64,000 bases of DNA, taken from positions 33,480,001-33,544,000 of the forward strand of contig CM068745.1 of NCBI GenBank assembly GCA_035084275.1. Direction: 5' to 3'. Made by a program: the position numbers and the translations under genes. The notes beneath the pieces are model-generated. The model was not told the DNA's origin, did no database searches, and worked only from the letters and a program-made list of their open reading frames with translations. Position 1 is the stretch's first letter; each line of letters opens with the position of its first letter. The DNA is from Hydrolagus colliei. Taxonomy: Eukaryota. Shown one piece after another: positions 25,505-35,949 of this stretch.

Positions 25505-26645
25505 AAACAATAACAAAATGACACTTGTATAATGCCTTTCACATCAGGAGGACGTTCCAAGGTGCTGGACAGTCAATGTTTCAGATTTGAGTTGGAGTCG
25601 GGAATAGGAAGAGTAGAGGGAAAGGGGAGGATTTGGGGTGACTGATGGGACCGTCGAAGAGAGGGTCTTGAGGCGAGAATTGAAGGAGGCTAGGGAGGGA
25701 GTGAGGCAGAGGGACTATGGGATAGAATTCTAGAGGTTTGGGGTAGAGCGGCTGAAGGCTTGCCCGCCTATGGTGGGGTGGGTGGGTTGGGGACATGGAG
25801 CAGGCCGGAGCCTGCTGAGCAGAGTGGGCAGGCAGGTTAGTAGGCGGTTAGGAGGTCACAGAGGTAGGGTAGGGCAAGGCCATGGAGAGCTTTGAAGGTG
25901 AGAACCATTATTGTGTATTGAATCTTCTGATTATTGAAGAGCCAATGGAGTCGGGCGAGAATAGGTCACAGAGCTTGGAGCTGTCAGCGCCTTGGGACGT
26001 CCTCCCGACGTGAAAGGCGTTCTATAAATGTAAATTGTTGTTGTTGTTGTTGTAGAGGACACGGGTTACAGAGTTCTGGATTATCTGCAGCCTATGGAGG
26101 GAAGAGTTGGGAAGGCCGACAAGCATGGCGTTGGTGTAGTTGAGCCTGGATGTGATGAAGGCATGAATAAGTGTTTCAGTGGCTTGAGAGGTGAGGTAGT
26201 GGCGCAGTTGGGCAATATTGCAGAGGTGAGGGAAGGCAGAACGGGTCATGGCTTGGTTGTGGGGGAGGATCGAACAAGGCACCTAGGTTCCTGACTGGCT
26301 TGGTGAGGTTGAGTTTGCAACCATGGAGGTTGATGTCGGTGCCTGATATGTGAAGACGCTGGTGCGAGACAATCAGGAGGGTCTCGGTCTTGTTGACATT
26401 CAACTGTAGAATGTCAGCTCTCATCCAGGACTTGATGTCTGACAGGCAGTCTGTCAGTTCAGCAATGTTCCTGGAGTTGACGGTAGGGACAGAATAGATA
26501 GAGTTGGGGGTAATTTGCATACATGTGGAAGTTGACCCCATGTCTGCGGATGATGTCGCAAGGGGGAGCATGTAGATATTGTAAAGTGGGGGGGAGGGGG
26601 GGGGCCAAGGACAGAGCACTGGGGACGCCATAGGTGACAGTCCGG
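25505..26645 (-). mobile_element. L2 LINE 3' fragment with deletions; carries a nested plus-strand L2 tail at ~25980-26053
   Basis: Minus-strand fragments include [42 protein letters not shown] and HAFITSRLNY. The tail lies at the 25505 end. Confidence 0.9.
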
Positions 26646-27119
26646 GGGCTGGTTTGAATTTTATTATTATCCCACTCCACTGATTGCTTCCCATACTCTT
26701 TAATATGTATATTTTTCATAGATCTCTTTTACTACACTTTTTCTCAAATTTTGCTTGTATTTATTGTCCGAGAACAGACTCAAAAGTAAGTGCTAGAGCT
26801 GAAAAACAATTACAATAATAATAATCTTTACACAGATCAGTTTATTTTGCCGGAAAACAACTAGTTGAAGGAAAGATTCCATATCTCAAGAAACAATATG
26901 AATGTGAAAAGCTGCTTTATCGCTTGAAAGACACAGTCTAGATCTTTATATTTATCTGCAACATAAAAATATCCATTTAACAAAAGGAGAATGGATTGAT
27001 GGATTATAAAAAAATAAGATGAAAACTGTCACGTTATTCTCAAGTCACTGTGCAGTACATTTGAAACTATCAATCTGTCTCAAAGTATTACCTTTCTGCA
27101 GGATGCAACCATCTTGCCT

Positions 27120-27294
27120 ATGTGAATTATTTTGTATGTTTTGTGTGTTATTTTAGTGGGTTTAAGGTCCGAAAATTTTGTCAAAAGAACACATCTCGGG
27201 GACCCCATGGGAAACCGCATTCCGATTTATGACATTTCGATTTGCATGACTTTTTTTTAGGAACGGAACCCTGATGTAAATCGGGGGATACCTG
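27120..27294. mobile_element. One-ended Tigger/pogo-like DNA transposon fragment
   Basis: It ends ...gtaaatcgggggatacctg followed by TA (reverse complement TA-CAGGTATCCCCCG). I did not find the partner TIR. Confidence 0.5.
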
Positions 27295-27534
27295 TACTGG
27301 TATATGTAAATAGGTAACTACAGTTACTAATTTCATTTGTAACATTTGATGTTTCTGGACCCAATAAAGACGTGCTACTTTTTGTGATTTGACTTGGTGA
27401 TGAATGATGTTTGAGGCAATGCAGGTGAGAGATGGCTGACAGTGATATGCAGTCCTACAGAATGTTTGCAATGCATTGTTAATGGTTTATGAGGAAGAAA
27501 ATCACGAAAAAATACAGTTTGTAACTCTCTAAGC

Positions 27535-28112
27535 CAGTGGCTTCTAAACTTTAAATAGCAACACACCCCCTAACTCAGTTTTTGTTGCGCCCCGCCTCCT
27601 TCACATCGAATAATTTTCGCAAATGATAACAGCAAATTCAATATTTTCTTTACCCGTTTTTATCCATTTTTTAAAAAGTATTAACAAAAAACATTAAATT
27701 GTTAAAAAAAATTAATTAAATGAAAAACATCATTAAAATTGTGAAACCAATTACTTACATTTAAAAGTTACAACACTTAGAATGTGTTAATGTGATGTGT
27801 GAGCTTGCTTTTCAGCACAAAGTTTCTCCCTAACTGCCTGCCCGGCTCACTCACTCGCTGCTGGTCTCACTCGCTGCCGGCCTGCCTCGCTCTCTCGCTG
27901 CCGGCCTGCCTCACTCCCAGCTCCTAGCACCGTCGCGCCCCCCTTTCCACCCGCTGGCGAACGATGTATTAGCGAACGACGCAACGTTAAGTGGGTCGTT
28001 ATTGTTCTGTAATAAGAACAATAACGGCCGCCCCACCCCAGCCAACGGTATGCACCCCTGAAGGGAGGCGCGACCCCGAAGGGCGGCACGGCCCACAGTT
28101 TGGAAACCACTG
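27535..28112. mobile_element. Non-autonomous hAT element of the Charlie/Buster type
   Basis: Ends are CAGTGGCTTCTAAACT and AGTTTGGAAACCACTG. The 8-bp TSD is ctctaagc/ctttaagc (7/8) with a central TA, as expected for Buster-group hATs. Confidence 0.88.
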
Positions 28113-28227
28113 CTTTAAGCTCATTTTATTAGAGTTGTTGTTCAACTCGATGATACATATGTATTATATACAGTACCATGTTTATTGTGGCAAACACAGT
28201 CTGAATCTATGAAAACTCCCTTCTTGT

Positions 28228-28497
28228 CAGCTTCCCCAAATCTTCTCTCCACAAGCTGTAGCTAGTGTCCTCTCCTGCACCAGACCTTCCAGAACTCCAT
28301 TGTGTCCTTCAAGGCCCGACTCAAGACCTTCCTTTTCGACCGTGCCTTCAACTACTCTCCTGCCTCTCCACCTCCCTCTTGCCAACCCTACCTTACCTCC
28401 CTCATGATGTTTGGGTCCTGACACCCGACTGTTCAATGCCTTGAACAGTCCTGATGTGAAAGGTGCATTACAAATGCAATTGTGTTGTTGTTGTGTT
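28228..28497 (+). mobile_element. L2 LINE 3' end fragment
   Basis: ccttcaaggcccgactcaagaccttccttttcgaccgtgcctt...gtgaaaggtgc..aaatgcaattgtgttgttgttg matches the L2 3' end. Confidence 0.8.
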
Positions 28498-28695
28498 GGG
28501 GACATAGTTTGGTTGTAGAGAATAATGATTCATACTGTTTGTTATGTTTGTATGGATCGGTCATAAAGGATGTTTTTAAATTGTAACCTTGCATGAAAAT
28601 AACAATAAATATTACCATTGAACAATGTGAGTACTGTATCTATTTAAAAATTGGTTATTGTGAAAAGATACAGAAAAACTCTTGAGTAAACTCCT

Positions 28696-31078
28696 GACAA
28701 GGCCATCACAGACAAGGCCATTTCTGACCATTTTTTCATTTCCTGCAACACCTCTATCCCTCCCCCCTCCACTTCCAAACCCACCACCATCTTCTACCGG
28801 CCCTGGAAGAAGATTCCCCCTCAAACTTTCACCTCTGCCCTAGAAACCTCCGACCTCCTCCCACAATGGCATTCTTTTTGTACAGACCCATCCTCCGCCT
28901 CCACCGCCCTACACAACACCCTCTCCACTACCCTCGACACCCTGGCCCCCCTCACCTCCAAAACCGTCTCCCATTCCCGATCATCACCGTGGTACACATC
29001 TCACCTCCGCTCCCTCAAAAGCCAAGTGAGAGCAGTTGAACGCACCTGGCTCAAATCTGGCCTCACGGTCCACCGGCAAATCTGGCTGGACCGCATCAAA
29101 AATTACCGCTCCGCCCTAGCCACCGCCAAATCAGCCTTCTACTCCAGGATAATCCTGGAAGCGAAGGACAACCACCGCCTGCTCCTCCGCCCCCCCCCGC
29201 CTCACCTCGCAGATCCTCTCCTCAAACGATCGTTGTGAGGAGATGCTGGATTTCCTCGAATCTAAAATCGAGAAAATCCATTCTGCGGTTTCCTCCCCCC
29301 ACCACTCCTCCACCTCAGCGCCCTCATCAGCAACCTCAACCCCTACTCACGCCCCATTTCACACTTTCAACCCCACCACCCCGCTTTCAATCACAAAAAC
29401 AATCACCTCCATGAAACCCACCACGTGCTCATTGGACCCCATCCCCACCCCCCTCATCCGCACCCAGCTCCATTTGTTAGCCCCACTCATTTCTGACACC
29501 ATTAACCTTTCCCTCTCCTCAGGAACTGTCCCTACCTCCCTTAAAACAGCCACCATCACCCCTATCCTGAAGAAACCCTCCCTTGATGCGTCGCAACCTT
29601 CAAGTTATAGACCCATCTCCAACCTCCCGTTTCTATCCAAGGTCCTTGAAAGAGTGGTTGCCTCCCAGCTCCGCTCTTTCCTTTCAACTCATTCACTTTT
29701 TGAACCCCTCCAATCAGGTTTTCGCCCTATCCACAGCACAGAAACTGCCCTGGTCAAGGTCACAAATGACATCCTAACCGCCTGTGACCAGGGCTCCCTC
29801 TGCCTCCTCGTCCTCCTTGACCTGTCTGCTGCGTTCGACACAGTCGATCACACCATCCTCCTTCAACGTCTTTCCTCCCACCTCAACCTTCAAGGCACAG
29901 TCCTTGACTGGTTCCACTCTTATTTGACCCATCGTTTACATTTTGTTTCTTCCAATGGCTTTTCATAAAACCCCCGCACAGTTTCCCACGGCGTCCCTCA
30001 AGGCTCTGTCCTTGGTCCCCTTCTTTTCACCCTTTACACGCTCCCTCTGGGCGACGTCATCCGCAAACATGGGGTAAATTTCCACATGTATGCGGATGAC
30101 ACCCAGTTGTACCTTTCTGCCTCATCCCTCAACCCCCAGACCATCGATGTTCTGACAGCATGTCTGTCCGACATCGAATCGTGGACGAGGGACAACTTTT
30201 TGCAATTGAACGTGAGTAAGACCGAGGCCCTCCTGATTGGCTCAAGCCAGCGCCTCCGCACATCGGGCGCTGCCAGCCTCAACATCCAAGGCTGCACTCT
30301 CCACCTCACAAAGCCAATCAGGAACCTCGGCATCATGTTCGATCAAAAACTTTCCTTCCTCCCCCACATCCGCACCTTGACCGGCACCGCCTATTTCCAT
30401 CTGCGCAACATTGCCAGGCTCCGCAACTATCTCACCCCCCGCGCTGCCGAAACACTCGTGCACGCGTACATCACCTCACGGCTGGACTACGGAAACTCTC
30501 TCCTAGTCGGCCTCCCCAGTTCCTCCATTCATAGGCTGCAGGCCATCCAAAACTCTGCAGCCCGTGTACTATCCCGCACCCGCCTCCGTGATCACATAAC
30601 CCCCACCCTCGCCCGTCTCCACTGGCTCCCCATCCTCCAGAGGATCGAATTTAAGATCCTCGTCCTCACCTACAAGGCCTTACACGGCCTTGCCCCATCC
30701 TACCTAACCGATCTACTCTCCCCCTACACGCCCACCCGGACCCTCCGTTCAACAGGACTTGGCCTGCTCCAAGCCCCCCGCCCGAACCGCCCCACCATCG
30801 GAGGCCGGGCCTTCAGTTTCTCCGCTCCCACCCTATGGAATGCCATCCCTCAATCCCTCCGTTTCGCCTCTTCCCTTTCCTCTTTCAAGGCCGATTTGAA
30901 GACTTTCCTCTTCGATCGTGCCTTTTGTTTCACCCCGAACTCTTTTACCTCCCCTTCGTGTTTCACCCCTTCCCAAACACTCCCCTCCCAGCTCGGGTCA
31001 CACGCCTCTTGTTTAGCGCCTTGGGACGTCCTCCCGACGTGAAAGGCGCTATATAAATGTAAATTGTTGTTGTTGTTG
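28696..31078 (+). mobile_element. Young 5'-truncated L2-type LINE: end of the APE endonuclease, complete RT domain and 3' tail; disabled by frameshifts and one in-frame stop
   Basis: Motifs present are ISDHFFI (APE C-terminus), [79 protein letters not shown] and LHWLP. ORFs 29243-29968 and 30086-31042 share one frame, separated by TAA at 29966-29968. The copy ends in (TGT)n. Confidence 0.96.
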
Positions 31079-31571
31079 ATGATACGTCATTAATTAATTT
31101 AAAACCCTTTAATAATGTCCTCCATTGCTTTAACCCACATATTCCATCTCAGTCAGGATGGCTATAAACTGTCTATTATAAATATCATTGGAAGATCCAA
31201 GATTTGTGAAATCCCTTGATGCTTTTCTTACCTGGGATAGAATGCTGCACTACAATGAAGAGCATCATGAAACAGCTCAGTCTGCTCAGAGAACTTTAAG
31301 GTCACATGTCAGTTAGACTGATTTCAGCTCAGTTCTTTCAAAATGAGTGTTGAGTGCTCTCTCTCTCTTTCACATTTGCAGGAATACCTCAGGCATCACT
31401 AATGTACTAAAGGTAACAATCTCTCTCTCTGATCTGCAGGAATACCTCAGGCTTTACTAATGCACTGAAGGCAATACTAAGGATGTCAGATTTTGCATTT
31501 CACACCATTTCTATGATTTGAAAGAGAATTTAACCCTCCCAACTCAACAACAATGTGCAATTGTATTGTGT

Positions 31572-32388
31572 CTTTCATGTTTAATGCAGAGAAGTGTGAG
31601 GTAATAAATTTTGGGAGAAGAAATGAGGGGAGGCAATATAGTCTAGATAGTTCAATTTTAAAGGGTGTGAGGAAACAGAGAGAGCTGGGGATTTCTGTTT
31701 GTGATTCTTTCAAGGTAGCAGGACAGGTAGACAAAGCCGTTAAGAAGGCATATGGGATACTAGGCTTTATAAATAGGGGTACAGACTACAAAAGTCAGAA
31801 AGTGCTGACTAACCTCTGTAAAACTTAGGTTAGGCCTCAGCTGGAGTACTGTGTCCAATTCTGGTCACCACACTATAGAAAGGATGTTAAGGCATTGGAA
31901 AGGGTGCAAAGAAGGTTTACTAGAATGGTAACAGGATTGAGGGACTTCAGTTATGAGGAAAGGCTAAATAAGCTAGGTTTATTCTCTTTGGAACAGAGAA
32001 GGTTGAGAGGAGACCTAATAGAGGTTTATAAAATCATGAGGGGATTCGACCAGGGTGAATAAGGAAAAACTGTTTCCACTGGTGGGCGAATCTGTGACTC
32101 GCAGTCACAGATTTAAAATAGTTTCAAAACGAAACAGAGGGGGCTGAGGAGAAATTTTTTCACTCAGCAGGTTGTTCGAATCTGGAATGCATTGCCTGAA
32201 AAGGTGGTGGAGGCCGATTCGATAACAGCTTTTAAAAGAGAATTAGATCTTTATTTAGGGAGAACAGGTCTGTTAGGTTATGGGGAGAGAGCTGGGCAGT
32301 GGGATTGAGTTGCTCTTTTCAAAGAGCCAGCACAGACTAGATGGGCCAAATGGCCTCCTTGTGTGCCGTAAAATTCAATGATTCTATG
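31572..32388 (+). mobile_element. CR1 LINE 3' fragment
   Basis: FNAEKCEVINFG...KKAYGILGFINRG...[33 protein letters not shown]...[13 protein letters not shown]; it terminates in attcaatgattctatg. Confidence 0.95.
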
Positions 32389-32671
32389 TAGAACAAATGT
32401 CTTGCAAGCATCATTCTTTTACATGCAGACTTGACATTCCAGGGAGTGTTTTTGCAAGATTTGATAATGTTTGCATGGTCTGACTCGGGTTCTTTCCACT
32501 AAATCAGAGCAAGTTATGGGGATTTGAAGACTATTAAAGAGGTCTGAAATGTTTTGAGAGGATACGTAGTGAAAGTTTATTTCTGCTTGTTGGTAAATTA
32601 TATAAAGTCAGCATGAGTTCAAGAACATCACTGGAAGAGTTAAATGAGTAGTTTAGAAGAAATGTTTATAT

Positions 32672-33326
32672 TAGGGCCCGTCGATATATCGATATATTGG
32701 TTATATCCAATATAATTTTCCTATCGATATGCCGATATCAGAATTTAAAACATATCGATATATTGAAAAATTCGATATAAAAAAATATCGGGACCTTGTC
32801 GCCGGCATTGCAACCTCCTGGGCCTAGAGCATGGAATGCACACGCACTGAACTACAAGACCCAGAATACTCATCTCTACACAATGCACAGACCGAGGTGC
32901 AAGCCACCATATTGTATTCGTAGTCCTCGAATACAATATACAGGTATACAAGGTGTGGGGGGAGAGGGAGGGAGAGACAGAGGGAGGAGAGGGAGGGAGA
33001 GACAGGTTGGGGGAGAGGGAGGTAGAGACGGGGGGGTGGAGAGGGAGTGAGAGACGGGGCGGAGAGGGGTGAGAGGGACGGAGAGACGGGGGGGTTGGGT
33101 GAGAGGGAGGGAGAGACCAAACAGAGAGACACAGGGAGAGAGAAAGATGGAGAGAGTGAGTGTGAGAGACACAGAGAGAGAGAGATATTTACCTCCTGAG
33201 GAAATAGCCCCCGAATGCGCACACACCTCCGAATGCGCGCATATGCGCAGTATAAAAAACCCGAAAATATCGATATGAGCCAACCGATATATCCATATTG
33301 GAAATTTCCCATATCGACGGGCCCTA
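32672..33326 (-). mobile_element. hAT minisatellite MITE, variant subfamily; inserted in an old CR1 fragment
   Basis: It has a perfect 16-bp TIR TAGGGCCCGTCGATAT and a perfect TSD gtttatat (32664-32671 and 33327-33334). Confidence 0.93.
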
Positions 33327-33403
33327 GTTTATATGCAGAGTGATAATTGAATATGGACCACTTTGCCATAAATTACTTCTGAAACTATGATTATAACAAC
33401 AAC

Positions 33404-33705
33404 GTGGAGTCCTGTAGCTCAGTGGTTAGAAAACTTGCCTTACAAGTATGAGACCTGTGTTTTGAATCTAGGCAGTTCAGGGCAAAACCTTGGGCAAGTT
33501 TCCTTACTTCACACACCTAATAATGCAACCAAAAAAAACAATAATAAATTGGTCATTTCAATCCACGACTGTTTGTGGGACACTGCTGTGCGCAATTGGC
33601 ACCCACAAATATATAGTCAATTAACTTCACAATATATTCTGTGAAGTGCTTTGAGACGTCTAGAAGATGTGAAAAGAGCTATATCAAATGCAAGGATTAT
33701 TATTA
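33404..33705 (+). mobile_element. Full-length tRNA-derived SINE
   Basis: It runs from gtggagtcctgtagctcagtggttaga to aaatgcaaggattattatta. Confidence 0.92.
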
Positions 33706-33732
33706 ACATTGATAAGGAAATTGCTGAACTAT

Positions 33733-34051
33733 ATAATAATAATAATCCTTGCATTTGATGGAGTGCTTTTCACGTGTTCTAGACATGTTGAAGTGCTTCA
33801 CAGAATATACTGTAAAGTGAATTTACTATATTTGTGGGTGAAAAGTGGCAGCCAATTACGCATAGCAATGTCCCACAAATAGTCGTGGATTGAAATTACC
33901 AATTTATCATAGGTTTTTTTTGGACGGATTATTTTCAGGCATGTGGAGTAAGGAAACTTGCCCAAGGTTTCACTGTGACCTGCCTGGATTCGAAACACAG
34001 GTCTCATGCTTGTAAGGCGACTTCTCTAACCACTGAGCTACAGGATTCCAC
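33733..34051 (-). mobile_element. Full-length tRNA-derived SINE, tail-to-tail with the previous copy
   Basis: It is the reverse complement of the same SINE. Confidence 0.92.
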
Positions 34052-34485
34052 AAGCACAACCCTCCCTCAACACTTGTATCCTCCAATGGTCATTGGAGGA
34101 TGCAATGATTATTTCATTCAAAATAGATAAACATGTATTAAGAATCTTTTAAAATAATTTACTAATGTGTTTCCAATTGATTCCTAATTTAATTTATCCA
34201 TTTTTAATTGGATCACATAATTAATGATACATTTCTAAATTAATATACATATGCATTAATTAACTGATATTAAGCAACTAATTTGTGGCTGAACCAAAAA
34301 TGCATGAATTAACTTTCTGGTGATTTTTGATTTATTCTCTGAAAATGCTTCAATTAATTGATGAATTAAATAAATTCATCAATTAAGGTTTGTACTATTG
34401 TACTAAAATGTACTATTAAGATTTTTTTTTAAATGCTCCACATATACTGTATATTGTCCATTTTTTCCGTCTGACCAGTGGGAAG

Positions 34486-35143
34486 TAGGGTCTGTCGATA
34501 TGGAAATTTTCCGATTTAGATATATCGATGGGCTCATATCGAGATATACCAAAATATCGATATTTTCAGGCTTTTCGTACTGCGCGCATTCGGGGTGCGC
34601 GCGCAATCGGGGCCTATTTCCTCAGGAGGTAAATATATTTCTCTCTCTGTGACTCTCACACTCACTCTTTCCATCTCTGTGTTTTTCTGTCTGTGTCTCT
34701 GTGTCTCTCTCTCCTCTCTCACATCCCCCCCCATCCCTATCTATCTGTATATTATCACATCCACCCCGTCTCTCCCACAACCCACCCCCGCCGCCATCCC
34801 TCTCTCTCACCCCCCACCAGCCGTCTCTCTCTCCCCACCACCCCCCCCCAGCCGTCTCTCTCCCCCTCCCCCCCCACCCTGCCATCTCTCTCTCCCTCCC
34901 CCCACCAGCTGTCTCTCTCCCCCCCCCCCACACCCAGCCGTCCCTCTCCCCTCACCCCTTGCATACCTGTATATTGTATTGTAGGACTATGAATACAATA
35001 TGGCGGCTTTGCACCTCGGTCTGTGCATTGTGTATAGAGATCGACTTTTCGATATATCGATATTTTTGAAATGCCTATATCGGCGTATCGATATGAAAAT
35101 TGTATCGGGTTTTAGCGATATATCAATATATCGCCGGACCGTA
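34486..35143 (+). mobile_element. hAT minisatellite MITE
   Basis: Ends are TAGGGTCTGTCGATAT and ATATCGCCGGACCGTA, with a perfect TSD gtgggaag (34478-34485 and 35144-35151). Confidence 0.93.
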
Positions 35144-35189
35144 GTGGGAAGATATCCCACAAAAACATATTTCTTTTGATCTGGCCCAT

Positions 35190-35788
35190 CACAACAACAA
35201 CAACATTTATTTGTAGAGTGCCTTTCGTATTTGGAGGAGCTCACAAGGCGCTGAACAGGCAGCAGTCAGGACTTGTGCATGGAGGTGGTGGGGATTTGGT
35301 GAAGGGTAGGTTTGGGATGAAGGAGAGCAGAGACGGTAGGAGAGTTGCTGAAGATATGGTCAAAAAGAAGGGTTTTAAATCATGCTATGAAGGAGGCAAG
35401 CGAGGGAGCAAGGTGAAGGGATTGTGGGATGCAGTTCCAAAGGGTGGAGGCAGAGAGGCTGAAAGCCTGACTGCTAATCAGTTGGGAGACATGGAGCAGG
35501 ACGGAGCCTGTGGAACAGGTGGTTGATCAGGGGTCAGCAGAGCAGAAAGGTAGGAAGGGGCCAGGCTGTGATGGGCTTTGAAAGTAAGGACAAGGATTTT
35601 GAATTCTATCCTCTTAGGGATAGGGATAGCAAGTGGAGATGGGTGGGGGGTGGGAGTGATGGTATCACGGAGCCTGGTGCGGGGGAGGCCACGAGCTGCA
35701 GAGTTTTGGATGATCTGCAGCTTATGGAGGGAAGAGTTGGGGAGACTGACAAGGACAGAATTTCCATAGTCGAGTCTTGAGGTGAGTG
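35190..35788 (-). mobile_element. L2 LINE 3' fragment
   Basis: The minus strand encodes [32 protein letters not shown]...[23 protein letters not shown] (CAA)n tail lies at 35190. Confidence 0.9.
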
Positions 35789-35949
35789 CAAATGACCCAG
35801 AGTTGAAGAATGTTGGTAAGAGGCTAAAAAGCATTAAATGAAATAAGTGGGAATGTTAATGTACAATAGGGTTTAACTTTTGAGGTTTGACTAACTGTCT
35901 ACTAACTACTTGTCAGTGTGCGTTGTGGTACTGCCGGAATCTAACCAGT

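Noticed and set aside
29243-31042. RT ORFs as a retron, DGR or other novel RT system, or as a domesticated gene
   Set aside because: The motifs, upstream APE remnant, 5' truncation, (TGT)n tail and many decayed sibling copies identify an ordinary L2-type LINE with disabling mutations.
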